UHGV virus genome: UHGV-1757948
DNA from: a virus
Direction: 5' to 3' (one strand)
DNA: 20,276 nucleotides
Shown: one piece after another, positions 8,673 through 16,162 of the stretch
Layout of the letters: the number at the start of each line of letters is the position of its first letter
Position numbering within the stretch: position 1 is the first letter of the stretch
Notes under the pieces: generated by a model
Database searches by the model: none
Seen by the model: only the letters and a program-made list of their open reading frames with translations
What the model was told of the DNA's origin: nothing
Translations under genes and position numbers: made by a program

Positions 8673-9302
8673 ATGACAGACGGTGTGCCCGTCTTAAATT
8701 TAAATTATATGGCAAAGATAAATAATAATTTTGAGAAACGAAAACGCATCACGAAAAATGAAGCGTTGGAACTGCTAAAAGATTGTTATGAGGACATCTT
8801 CAAGGCGTATTACGCAGGTCTGGAAAATTACAATGAAGAAATAAATATGACCATACCTGAAGCAAGGACAAGGCTTGTAGGTCCTTTGCTTAACGCAAAA
8901 ATAACAGAGAGTTTCATTCTCACATTTCCCGAGAACTGGAACAAAGGCAAATACGGAAGGATAATATTCAGATGGAACGGTGTGCTCATGCTCATCAAGA
9001 AATTGAACAAGAATGACAAGCCGTCTTACATTCCGACAATACTTTCAGATTCGATTGTCAACCAATACCAATTACCGCTTTTCCAAGGCGATGAAGGCAA
9101 GGAAGAGCCGATATTGATTTTCGGATATACAAAGGACGGTTTCGGGCAGCTCGTAAACCCGAGAATTGTCTTGTATGACGATGGGGTTCAATGGACTGCC
9201 TATATGGAAGACGGTGTAAATATGCCGACTGCCAATACAGACACGCAGGAGATTATTGTCCGCCTGAAAAAGAAAGAGACAGGAGAAAAGAAGGCAGAAT
9301 AA
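8673..9302 (+). CDS. Hypothetical protein (209 aa, low GC, no SD; alternative start at M13 = 8709); unknown partner of the HTH-ImmA regulator
   Basis: A long ORF with coding-like composition on the same strand as, and 52 nt upstream of, the HTH-ImmA gene. No recognisable motif was found. Confidence 0.5.
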   Translation: MTDGVPVLNLNYMAKINNNFEKRKRITKNEALELLKDCYEDIFKAYYAGLENYNEEINMTIPEARTRLVGPLLNAKITESFILTFPENWNKGKYGRIIFRWNGVLMLIKKLNKNDKPSYIPTILSDSIVNQYQLPLFQGDEGKEEPILIFGYTKDGFGQLVNPRIVLYDDGVQWTAYMEDGVNMPTANTDTQEIIVRLKKKETGEKKAE

Positions 9303-9354
9303 CAGCAGGGCACACCGTCTGTTTTCAACAAACGACCTATAAAAGCAACGTCTT

Positions 9355-10410
9355 ATGAAATGTGAGCAGCTAACATTCGCAAGGGAATACAGGGGATTTA
9401 CGCAAACCGCACTCGCGGCAAAAGTCAAAGGGCTATCGCAATCCAACCTGTCAAAATATGAAAAGGGGTTTGGCGGGCTGTCAGACAACATGCTTAGTTT
9501 GATTATGTCCACGCTTGATTTTCCGATGAAATTCCTTGACATGAATATTGTGAACAAGGTTGACAGCAAGCATTACAGGAAAAAGGCAACCATAACCGTA
9601 AAGACACGCAACGAGATAGACAGGACAATATCCCTGATTGCGTATTGTTTTGATTGGCTTAGTGAATTTGTCGAGATACCTGACTATTCATTTGGATACT
9701 ACGACATGGACAACGGCATAAGCCCGGAGGAACTTGCCGGGCACATAAGGAACAAATACAGGCTCGGCATGTCGCCTATATCCGATATTTGCAATTTCCT
9801 TGAGCGCAATGGGGTATTCATTTACATGTGGGACAGTCCTAACGACGAGTTTGACGGGGTATCCCTGATAACTGACGCAGGCAATCATCTTATCATTGTG
9901 AACAGGAACAGAAGCAACGACAGGGTAAGGTTTACGCTTGCACATGAGCTGGGACACATACTGATGCACGAGTGCCCAAGTTTCCCGGTATTCAGCATTA
10001 GAGACAAGGAGAAAGAGGCGAACGCTTTTGCATCAGAGTTCCTTCTCCCCTCCCAGGCTGTCAGAAACGCCTTGCACAATGTCAGGCTCGGACAGTTCCC
10101 TGAGCTGAAACGGTATTGGCTTGTTTCCATGGCATCACTTTTGGAAAAGGCAAAAAACATAAACGCCATTGCAAGTGAGAAGTACAAGTCTATGAGAATG
10201 GAGTTCAGCAGACGCCATTGGAATAAGAAAGAACCTTACGAAGTGCCTATTGACAGCCCTACCGTCTTTGAGCAGGCATATAGGCTGGTATCGGACACAT
10301 TGGGGTATTCAATCAGCATGATTTCGGAAAGCACAGGCTTGCCCGAGGATGTCTTGATAAAGATATTCGGCAAATCTGCGAGGATAATATCATTAAAGCC
10401 ACTAATATAA
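9355..10410 (+). CDS. XRE-family HTH fused to an ImmA/IrrE-family (COG2856) zinc metallopeptidase
   Basis: The N-terminus has an HTH_XRE signature (FTQTALAAKVKGLSQSNLSKYEKG). The central region has the HEXXH zinc motif in ImmA-like context (FTLAHELGHILMHE). Confidence 0.85.
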   Translation: MKCEQLTFAREYRGFTQTALAAKVKGLSQSNLSKYEKGFGGLSDNMLSLIMSTLDFPMKFLDMNIVNKVDSKHYRKKATITVKTRNEIDRTISLIAYCFDWLSEFVEIPDYSFGYYDMDNGISPEELAGHIRNKYRLGMSPISDICNFLERNGVFIYMWDSPNDEFDGVSLITDAGNHLIIVNRNRSNDRVRFTLAHELGHILMHECPSFPVFSIRDKEKEANAFASEFLLPSQAVRNALHNVRLGQFPELKRYWLVSMASLLEKAKNINAIASEKYKSMRMEFSRRHWNKKEPYEVPIDSPTVFEQAYRLVSDTLGYSISMISESTGLPEDVLIKIFGKSARIISLKPLI

Positions 10411-10436
10411 CAATTATCTATTTTGATACAACACAG

Positions 10437-10472
10437 GCGGTGACCCACATATCAAGGGTTGCCGCTTTTTGT
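10437..10472 (+). terminator. Rho-independent terminator after the HTH-ImmA gene
   Basis: GCGGTGACCC-acatatcaa-GGGTTGCCGC gives a 10-bp stem (two G·U pairs) followed by TTTTTGTTT. Confidence 0.5.
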
Positions 10473-10492
10473 TTAATAAAAAATGAAAGAAC

Positions 10493-11002
10493 ATGGGAAG
10501 ATTTAAAGGATTGCTTGTGGTAGTATCGGTGTTGTTGACCGCATCATTATGCGTCAACATACTCCAGTGCAGTAATGCCGGAAAGAAAACAACGAATCAG
10601 GACACAGTACGGACTACATATATAGACACCATTCCGTTCTTGAATCCTGTACCCAAAGACAGTACGGTGATACGGTATGTTACGGAGACGTTGCCCGTGA
10701 CTTGCCGCAAAGACACGATATACGAAGAGAAGGGCGGGAATACAGGCGACAGCGTCAAGGTGACACTGCCTATAACTTCCAAAGTCTATAAGGACAGTAC
10801 CTATACCGCATACGTGAGCGGATTCCGCGCGAATCTTGACAGTATATTTGTATATCCGAGACACGAGACTGTAACTGTCACAAGGTACAAGGAAAGTCCG
10901 CGCCTTGGCGTCGGTATTGCCGCAGGTTACGGTATAGGGAAAGACATGAAACCGACACCTTTCATAGGAATATCCGTATATTATAGGCTTTGGCAGTGGT
11001 AG
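10493..11002 (+). CDS. Secreted lipoprotein (signal peptide with lipobox LTASLC); candidate superinfection-exclusion or surface protein
   Basis: The N-terminus (MGRFKGLLVVVSVLLTASLC) fits a signal peptide plus L-[AS]-[GAS]-C lipobox. The mature part is Y/T/K-rich and beta-like. The overlapping antisense ORF 10547..11137 is Cys/Arg-rich junk. Confidence 0.55.
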   Translation: MGRFKGLLVVVSVLLTASLCVNILQCSNAGKKTTNQDTVRTTYIDTIPFLNPVPKDSTVIRYVTETLPVTCRKDTIYEEKGGNTGDSVKVTLPITSKVYKDSTYTAYVSGFRANLDSIFVYPRHETVTVTRYKESPRLGVGIAAGYGIGKDMKPTPFIGISVYYRLWQW

Positions 11003-11004
11003 TA

Positions 11005-11208
11005 TCAGCCATCTGGGAACAGTCTTTCGTAGAACTCTCCCTGCCGTCGCACCAAAGCTTCCCCATAGTCCAACCCGTAAACATCGGCATCGTGCCTTGC
11101 TATGCGTCGCACACGAGCCTGTGCCGAGCGCGGACAATGTATGGCAATCAGATGCTCTGCCTCGGCAAACAGACGGGCGGAGTATTCATCATTTGGCATC
11201 TGTGTCAT
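11005..11208 (-). CDS. Hypothetical protein (67 aa), last gene of the minus-strand operon
   Basis: A strong SD (aAAGGAGGaatctgATG) precedes the start at 11208. Its stop lies 2 nt from the stop of the convergent lipoprotein gene. Confidence 0.45.
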   Translation of the reverse strand: MTQMPNDEYSARLFAEAEHLIAIHCPRSAQARVRRIARHDADVYGLDYGEALVRRQGEFYERLFPDG

Positions 11209-11599
11209 CAGATTCCTCCTTTTCTGAGTTTATAGATACGAACAATCTCTCGTAGTCATCACAACTGATTTCAAAGCAGTTCTGACTTATTACTCCGTCA
11301 GAATCCCCGAAAACGTAAAACGGGGTATACGGACTGTATGTCTTCAGGACACCCACATCCTTTTTGTTGTCCTGCCTGTGTCTGATATAGAACCAGTAAT
11401 GAGGTCTTTTGTAACCGACACACCATAGCAGCATAAGGACAAACAACAAGAAGAAAAAACAGAAAAACCATTTCGGCAGGAAAACGTCAATCAGAAAGAA
11501 TGTAACCCATGCCGTTACCATTACGGCGAAAGCCTCAAAAGATGTCTTGTAATCAAAATTTTTCATTTTCATAATATGTTTAATATTTCTTATTCCCAT
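11189..11599 (-). CDS. Small membrane protein (2 TM); alternative start at MKMKNFD (11572)
   Basis: Two hydrophobic helices (AFAVMVTAWVTFFLIDVF; FFCFFFLLFVLMLLWCVGY) and an acidic C-terminus. The coding sequence is AT-rich and overlaps the neighbouring genes at both ends. Confidence 0.45.
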   Translation of the reverse strand: MGIRNIKHIMKMKNFDYKTSFEAFAVMVTAWVTFFLIDVFLPKWFFCFFFLLFVLMLLWCVGYKRPHYWFYIRHRQDNKKDVGVLKTYSPYTPFYVFGDSDGVISQNCFEISCDDYERLFVSINSEKEESDDTDAK

Positions 11600-12134
11600 G
11601 CTTAAATGGGCGGAGTCTGTTATAGCGCATCTTCTGCTCGACGTAGAAGTCGATGTCGATATCGTTTTGGTGGCAGAATAAGATAATGAGGGCTACAGTG
11701 AGATTGATTTTTTCGCAAAGGGCTTCCTTATATAAACAAAGTCCCTCACAAAGATGGTACATGACGACGGGGAATGGCTCATTAATGAATTTTGCGTCTG
11801 AAGCAAGAAACTCGTCAACGTAATGCAGGGATATTCCGCGCAGTGCAGCCAAGTCCAAACAGCGTATGATGATGTCGCTAAGTTCATCCTCAACCGAGTT
11901 TTTGACGTGTGTCTCAAATTCATACTTAAATACAACGTCGTCATCGGCGTATGTTCCAAGTAATGCTTTGAAAAGGTCAATGTCCGTGTGCCTGTCCTTG
12001 CGGTCTGCCTGTACAGCTTCAGATATCTCAGTAATGATAAGCATCAAATAAGTTTCGTCAGGCAGTTCTTCATCGTGCCATCCGTGCGTCTTTGCGGTCT
12101 CAAAAACTGCTTTTGATAATTTAGTCAAATCCAT
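11580..12134 (-). CDS. Hypothetical protein, tentatively MazG-like all-alpha NTP pyrophosphohydrolase
   Basis: It has MazG/dimeric-dUTPase-like acidic helix motifs (ITEISEAVQADRKD ... ELSDIIIRCLDLAALRGISL). The assignment is pattern-based only. Confidence 0.35.
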   Translation of the reverse strand: MDLTKLSKAVFETAKTHGWHDEELPDETYLMLIITEISEAVQADRKDRHTDIDLFKALLGTYADDDVVFKYEFETHVKNSVEDELSDIIIRCLDLAALRGISLHYVDEFLASDAKFINEPFPVVMYHLCEGLCLYKEALCEKINLTVALIILFCHQNDIDIDFYVEQKMRYNRLRPFKHGNKKY

Positions 12135-12187
12135 ACTACTTATATTTTATTTTTAGGCATTTAATGCTTAGTGTTAATATCTGTATA

Positions 12188-12934
12188 TCACTGCGACGCG
12201 CACTCGCTTTCAAGCTCGTTCCAATCCTCGTCGGTAATGTATTTGCGGCATTCAGGATTAAGCTTCAACGCCTCATAGCCGACACGGTTGAGGAAACGCT
12301 CGCTCGTCAGCTTCTTCTCTATGATACGGAAGGCGAGCATGGCGTTGGCGTCCTTGTTCAGGTCTATGGTTATCCCGTCCTCGGTCTTGCATATCATGTC
12401 CGCAGCCTGCTCAAAATGGTAGAGGGTGCGTGACAGCCGCGCAGGATTCATGTATTTGTCAAAATGAATGCCGGGCGCGGCTTCGTCAGCCGTCTTTATC
12501 TGCACATCGTAAAGATGTACCGCGTATGCCAGAAGATTGCGGGCGGTCTCGACATAGGACTTAAGCTCCGTTTCGGTCTGCCTGTACTTGTCGAGCAGCG
12601 ACTTTATGGAGAAGCGCAGGATGTCGACATGCGGCTGTATGTCCTCCTCCACTGTGTCAAGATAGTCATAGAAGAGCTGCGTGCGGTCTCCGAAGTTCTG
12701 GATGTGAAGCTTCTCGTAGGCGTAGTACGCCCTCTCCGCTTCCCTGATGTGACGCTTCAGAGTGAAACGGTAGTACGGTGTCTTCCGTACTCTCTCTATG
12801 GCGTCGAACATTGTCTTGCCCGCCACTGTGTTGGCGGCTCCTATAACAAGGTTGACGAGTGAGTTGAGACGCTCGAACACCTCCATCGCGCGCTGGCTGC
12901 TCACTGCCGTAGCCTGTCGTACGTATGCTGTCAT
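12188..12934 (-). CDS. Hypothetical protein (248 aa)
   Basis: A perfect SD (aAAGGAGGtcagcaATG) precedes the start at 12934. It is GC-rich (~55%). No recognisable domain was found. Confidence 0.55.
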   Translation of the reverse strand: MTAYVRQATAVSSQRAMEVFERLNSLVNLVIGAANTVAGKTMFDAIERVRKTPYYRFTLKRHIREAERAYYAYEKLHIQNFGDRTQLFYDYLDTVEEDIQPHVDILRFSIKSLLDKYRQTETELKSYVETARNLLAYAVHLYDVQIKTADEAAPGIHFDKYMNPARLSRTLYHFEQAADMICKTEDGITIDLNKDANAMLAFRIIEKKLTSERFLNRVGYEALKLNPECRKYITDEDWNELESECASQ

Positions 12935-13191
12935 TGCTGACCTCCTTTCTTCAAATCATTCAAAGCCTTGTCATTGCAGCTTTTACAAAACAATTTATTG
13001 AGAGTTCCTTTTAGCATGACTAAATAGACATCATCGTCATCCTTGAACTTGCGGTTGCAATTAAAACAAAGCCTTTGAACATAAAGCCCTATACTTTCTC
13101 TCGACTTGCGGAACTGCCAGAATTTCAAGAATGGCTTATCAACAGCGTTTAGTACCTCGTATTCACGTTTGGTGATTTTCACTACTTTCAT
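12931..13191 (-). CDS. Small zinc-ribbon protein (CxxC...CxxC)
   Basis: An SD (gAAAGGAGGtataaaATG) is present and the stop overlaps the downstream gene start. It has CFNC and CKSC pairs. Confidence 0.5.
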   Translation of the reverse strand: MKVVKITKREYEVLNAVDKPFLKFWQFRKSRESIGLYVQRLCFNCNRKFKDDDDVYLVMLKGTLNKLFCKSCNDKALNDLKKGGQQ

Positions 13192-13562
13192 TTTATACCT
13201 CCTTTCAGTAGCTCTGGGTTGTCGTGGATGTTGCCGATTATCGTTGCTTTATCGGTAGGAAGGAAGCCTAATCTTTCAATACCTCCGATAAAAGAGCATT
13301 CAGAATCACTATATTCCACATCCACAATATCTCCGTCTGGAAATTGAATAATATCCCCTTCGTAAATCTCCTTCCCCTTTTTATCATACAAGCCTGTGAA
13401 CTGGCTTACGGTGGAGGGGGCGATTTCTCGTTTCCACACGGCATTAGAGCTGTCGCTCTTTTCGAGAATGTTGCAGTCTCCGTCCGCCCATATTAAAAGC
13501 GAACCATAGCACCACTCATCGTTTGCAAGGCGTTTGCCTCTGAACTTGATTGCTCGTTTCAT
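13188..13562 (-). CDS. YopX-family phage protein
   Basis: MKRAIKFRGKR...WCYG...VSQFTGLYDKKGKEIYEGDII...IIGNIHDNPELL matches the YopX (SPbeta) family pattern. An SD (gAAAGGAGGtgcggtcATG) is present. Confidence 0.7.
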   Translation of the reverse strand: MKRAIKFRGKRLANDEWCYGSLLIWADGDCNILEKSDSSNAVWKREIAPSTVSQFTGLYDKKGKEIYEGDIIQFPDGDIVDVEYSDSECSFIGGIERLGFLPTDKATIIGNIHDNPELLKGGIK

Positions 13563-13870
13563 GACCGCACCTCCTTTCCGTCGGACAGAAGGTCGTCAAG
13601 ATAGGCGAACTTGTCAACCTCTCCCCATAATCGTTCAAACGACAGGTCGCGCAGGTCTTTGTAGACAGCGGCATTCCCGTTCTTGAATAAGACGAGTGTC
13701 TTGCGCTTAGGTTGGCAAGATACAGTGCCGTTGTGCCACACGGCGTTGATGCGCCAGTTGGCACCATCTATAAACCCATGTTCATAATACGGCACGTATT
13801 TTGGATTGAAGATGCTGTTGTCAATAACACAACTTTCTGTTGCCGCCTTTTCAATCTGTTCTCTTGTCAT
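13559..13870 (-). CDS. Hypothetical protein (103 aa)
   Basis: An ORF in the operon whose stop overlaps the YopX gene start by 4 nt. Confidence 0.5.
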   Translation of the reverse strand: MTREQIEKAATESCVIDNSIFNPKYVPYYEHGFIDGANWRINAVWHNGTVSCQPKRKTLVLFKNGNAAVYKDLRDLSFERLWGEVDKFAYLDDLLSDGKEVRS

Positions 13871-13903
13871 ATCTTATTTGTATTAATATTCTTTCCCTCC
13901 ATT

Positions 13904-14068
13904 TTATCTTGTGATTTTAGAGGAAATTTTCCTTGTATTTCCTTTGTTTTCCTTTGCCAAACACTCATTGCCACATCTTCTGCCCACGTCGTACTTATCG
14001 CACCATCCGTCTCCGTAGAAGCCTTCGTTAATGAAGTGGATACATGAGCCGCAGTGTCTTGCTTTCAT
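13904..14068 (-). CDS. Small Cys-rich zinc-ribbon-like protein (54 aa), translationally coupled to the PP-loop enzyme gene
   Basis: The translation is MKARHCGSCIHFINEGFYGDGWCDKYDVGRRCGNECLAKENKGNTRKISSKITR. Its ATG overlaps the upstream stop as ATGA at 14065-14068. It is absent from the 60-aa ORF track. Confidence 0.35.
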   Translation of the reverse strand: MKARHCGSCIHFINEGFYGDGWCDKYDVGRRCGNECLAKENKGNTRKISSKITR

Positions 14069-14982
14069 TTTTCGTCGTCTTTAAATTCAAATTTCTGTTG
14101 CAGGAACTCGTCAGCGTAGAACTGCTTGTAGCTCTTGTCGCTTATCCACCACCTAAAGCCTGTTTCAGCGTCGTTGAAATTGTGGTCGATATATCCGTTG
14201 TCTATCAGCCATTGGATTGTCTTTATCCAATTGCGTTTGACGTGCGGCCAGCGTTTAGCATCTTCCTTCTTTATCCGTGCGTTCGACATAGGGCAACAGA
14301 TGCAGCCAATGCGTGTATAACCCTCGTCGTAGAGTTCGCAGTGTGGTATGCCGTTCATGTTAAGGAACTCCCACACGTCGCGCTCCGTCCAATAGATTAT
14401 GGGCGATACAAGGATTTTGTCCTTACCGCCGACACACGCAACCATGCTCTCCTCATGTTCGCTCCATTGGTCAAAGGTTTCCTCATTGCGCTTGCCCTTT
14501 ATCTCTGTGGATATTTCCTCACGTTTTGCACGCCGTGCGCTTTCTTCTTTTCTCACACCGATAAGTGTCACCTTGCCAACGCCTGACGTTTCCTTGAACT
14601 CGGCACAACACCAACGCAAAGTCCTTGTCGGCAAGATGTGCTTTTTCTTCGCCATTTCGTAAATGCTCATCCGTGGTTTGATTAGCTCCACATCGGGGTA
14701 TTGCGTCTTGACGAAGCGGATGACTTCGGGCGGGTCTATGCTCGTAAGGTTCATGTGAGCCTTGAAGCGGACACCGGCCAGCTTTGCGACATGGTAGAGG
14801 CATTGGCTGTCCTTGCCGCCACTGAACGCAAGGTAAAAGCCGTTTTCGGGGTCGAGGCGCAACGCCATTTTCTCCGACTTCCGCAAAAGTTCGACGGAGT
14901 GTTCCAGCTTCCTTGCAAGCGGACGGCTTACCTTTGACATTACGGTGTCGTGGTCAAGCAGTATTATTTCACACGCTTTCAT
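14065..14982 (-). CDS. PAPS-reductase family / PP-loop ATPase protein (DndC/IbrA/CysH-like; tRNA-thiolase-like alternative not excluded)
   Basis: It has the PP-loop FSGGKDS, the RWCCAEFK motif and a C-terminal GCICCP Cys cluster. Its ATG at 14982 is coupled (ATGA) to the upstream small ORF. Confidence 0.8.
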   Translation of the reverse strand: MKACEIILLDHDTVMSKVSRPLARKLEHSVELLRKSEKMALRLDPENGFYLAFSGGKDSQCLYHVAKLAGVRFKAHMNLTSIDPPEVIRFVKTQYPDVELIKPRMSIYEMAKKKHILPTRTLRWCCAEFKETSGVGKVTLIGVRKEESARRAKREEISTEIKGKRNEETFDQWSEHEESMVACVGGKDKILVSPIIYWTERDVWEFLNMNGIPHCELYDEGYTRIGCICCPMSNARIKKEDAKRWPHVKRNWIKTIQWLIDNGYIDHNFNDAETGFRWWISDKSYKQFYADEFLQQKFEFKDDEK

Positions 14983-15107
14983 TTTGCCTTGTCTTTAAGT
15001 TTGAATATAAATTCCATCAGTTGTTTGTTCTGCTGGCGGTACCTGTCAACCTCGGCTTGCAGGAAGTCAATCTCGTTGTGGTACGCCTCACGCTCAAAGT
15101 CAGTCAT
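14979..15107 (-). CDS. Small hypothetical coiled-coil protein (42 aa)
   Basis: The translation is MTDFEREAYHNEIDFLQAEVDRYRQQNKQLMEFIFKLKDKAK. It ends in an ATGA overlap with the PP-loop gene start and has no SD. Confidence 0.25.
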   Translation of the reverse strand: MTDFEREAYHNEIDFLQAEVDRYRQQNKQLMEFIFKLKDKAK

Positions 15108-15113
15108 CGTTCA

Positions 15114-15260
15114 CTAATCGTCTACAATGGCTTTTGCTAAACCGAAGAGAAGGATATATATTCCTAACATGAGCAGTACCCATGGGAAACTTGTCAACAT
15201 CCATATAGAGGCTGCCACGCAAAGTGCACCGGCATGGATGATTAGTTCAGTTCTGTTCAT
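15114..15260 (-). CDS. Small membrane protein (48 aa)
   Basis: The translation is MNRTELIIHAGALCVAASIWMLTSFPWVLLMLGIYILLFGLAKAIVDD. Its ATG overlaps the radical-SAM gene stop as ATGA. Confidence 0.3.
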   Translation of the reverse strand: MNRTELIIHAGALCVAASIWMLTSFPWVLLMLGIYILLFGLAKAIVDD

Positions 15261-16162
15261 TGCTTCATATTTTTAAGTTTGTAACTATTCTCATTAAGCC
15301 ACTTTTGGAAATACCATAACTGACCGCATCCGCCACCTATATCGTCTTGCCCTGCCGGGTTAAATACTCTCGTATTAAAACCTACGTCATTCATCTTTGA
15401 ATTAAAGTCACGGATTAAGTCAAGTTGTCGCTGTATTGATGAATGTACACTTTCATCCTTTTCGCAAATAACAGACAAAGTGACCTCCCATATATCAGGG
15501 TTAAATAATTCAGAGAGCCTCATAGCATCTTCCATATCATTATTCCCGACATGTACGCAATAATTAAAGAAAGGCTTTCTTCCGACATAAGAAGCCCAAA
15601 ACTCACCCGTAGAAGCTATTTGCCGAAGTGTTGACGTATTCGTTGCTATAAGTTTCTTCCTTTTTTCATCTGTACTTTCATGTACTGAAAATTGAAGACC
15701 TACTTTATCTATTTCTTTCGATAGTGCAATAAAATCAGACATGTATAAATACATCATGTGAGGGGCAGAAGTGCTTACAAGAAGTTGTGCGTTTGGATAT
15801 TTCACATGTAGACTTTCTATTGCAGGCTGCAATGCCGAGTAGTTGTAAAAAGGCTCTCCCATGCTCATAAACATAATTTGGAACTTTTTAATGTCATCAG
15901 TGCGGCAATCAATAGTAGATAATGCCCCATCAATCTGTTGTATTATTTCGTCAGTAGAAAGATTTCTGACAAAAAATTTGCCTGTTCCGCAGAAAGAACA
16001 TCCAACTGGACAACCGCTTTGAACCGAACAACATATAACTGTCCTTTTTTTGTATTCTCCATATCTATAAAGAACAGTTTCAGCAATAGCATTTGGCTTG
16101 TCCCACTCAAACACGAATTTCTTTACATTCGTATCACTTGATTCAAATACTTTTGTTTTCAT
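15257..16162 (-). CDS. RlmN/Cfr-family radical SAM methyltransferase homologue, minimal form lacking the N-terminal accessory domain
   Basis: The radical-SAM CX3CX2C is in RlmN context: ICCSVQSGCPVGCSFCGTG versus RlmN LCVSSQVGCALECKFC, including the upstream catalytic Cys. It also has FMSMGEPFYN (versus MGMGEPLLN), LVSTSA and the C-terminal catalytic motif DIGGGCGQL (versus DIDAACGQL). The gene is strongly AT-rich (~38% GC) relative to its neighbours. Confidence 0.85.
   Translation of the reverse strand: MKTKVFESSDTNVKKFVFEWDKPNAIAETVLYRYGEYKKRTVICCSVQSGCPVGCSFCGTGKFFVRNLSTDEIIQQIDGALSTIDCRTDDIKKFQIMFMSMGEPFYNYSALQPAIESLHVKYPNAQLLVSTSAPHMMYLYMSDFIALSKEIDKVGLQFSVHESTDEKRKKLIATNTSTLRQIASTGEFWASYVGRKPFFNYCVHVGNNDMEDAMRLSELFNPDIWEVTLSVICEKDESVHSSIQRQLDLIRDFNSKMNDVGFNTRVFNPAGQDDIGGGCGQLWYFQKWLNENSYKLKNMKQ

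Noticed and set aside
8673-9302. Calling the 209-aa protein a toxin/effector of a specific known family.
   Set aside because: No catalytic or family motif could be recognised by eye. It is flagged only as an unknown partner of the HTH-ImmA regulator.
14044-14586. Plus-strand 180-aa ORF and other small ORFs antisense to the PAPS-reductase-family gene. Similar cases are 17038..17568 and 17682..18221, which are antisense to operon genes.
   Set aside because: The minus-strand frames carry diagnostic enzyme motifs (SGGKDS etc.) or are linked by ATGA coupling. The plus-strand translations look like hydrophobic junk.
15257-16162. Declaring the radical-SAM gene a bona fide cfr antibiotic-resistance gene.
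   Set aside because: Motifs establish RlmN/Cfr family membership only. The m2A versus m8A specificity and the substrate cannot be read from the sequence, and the N-terminal domain is missing.
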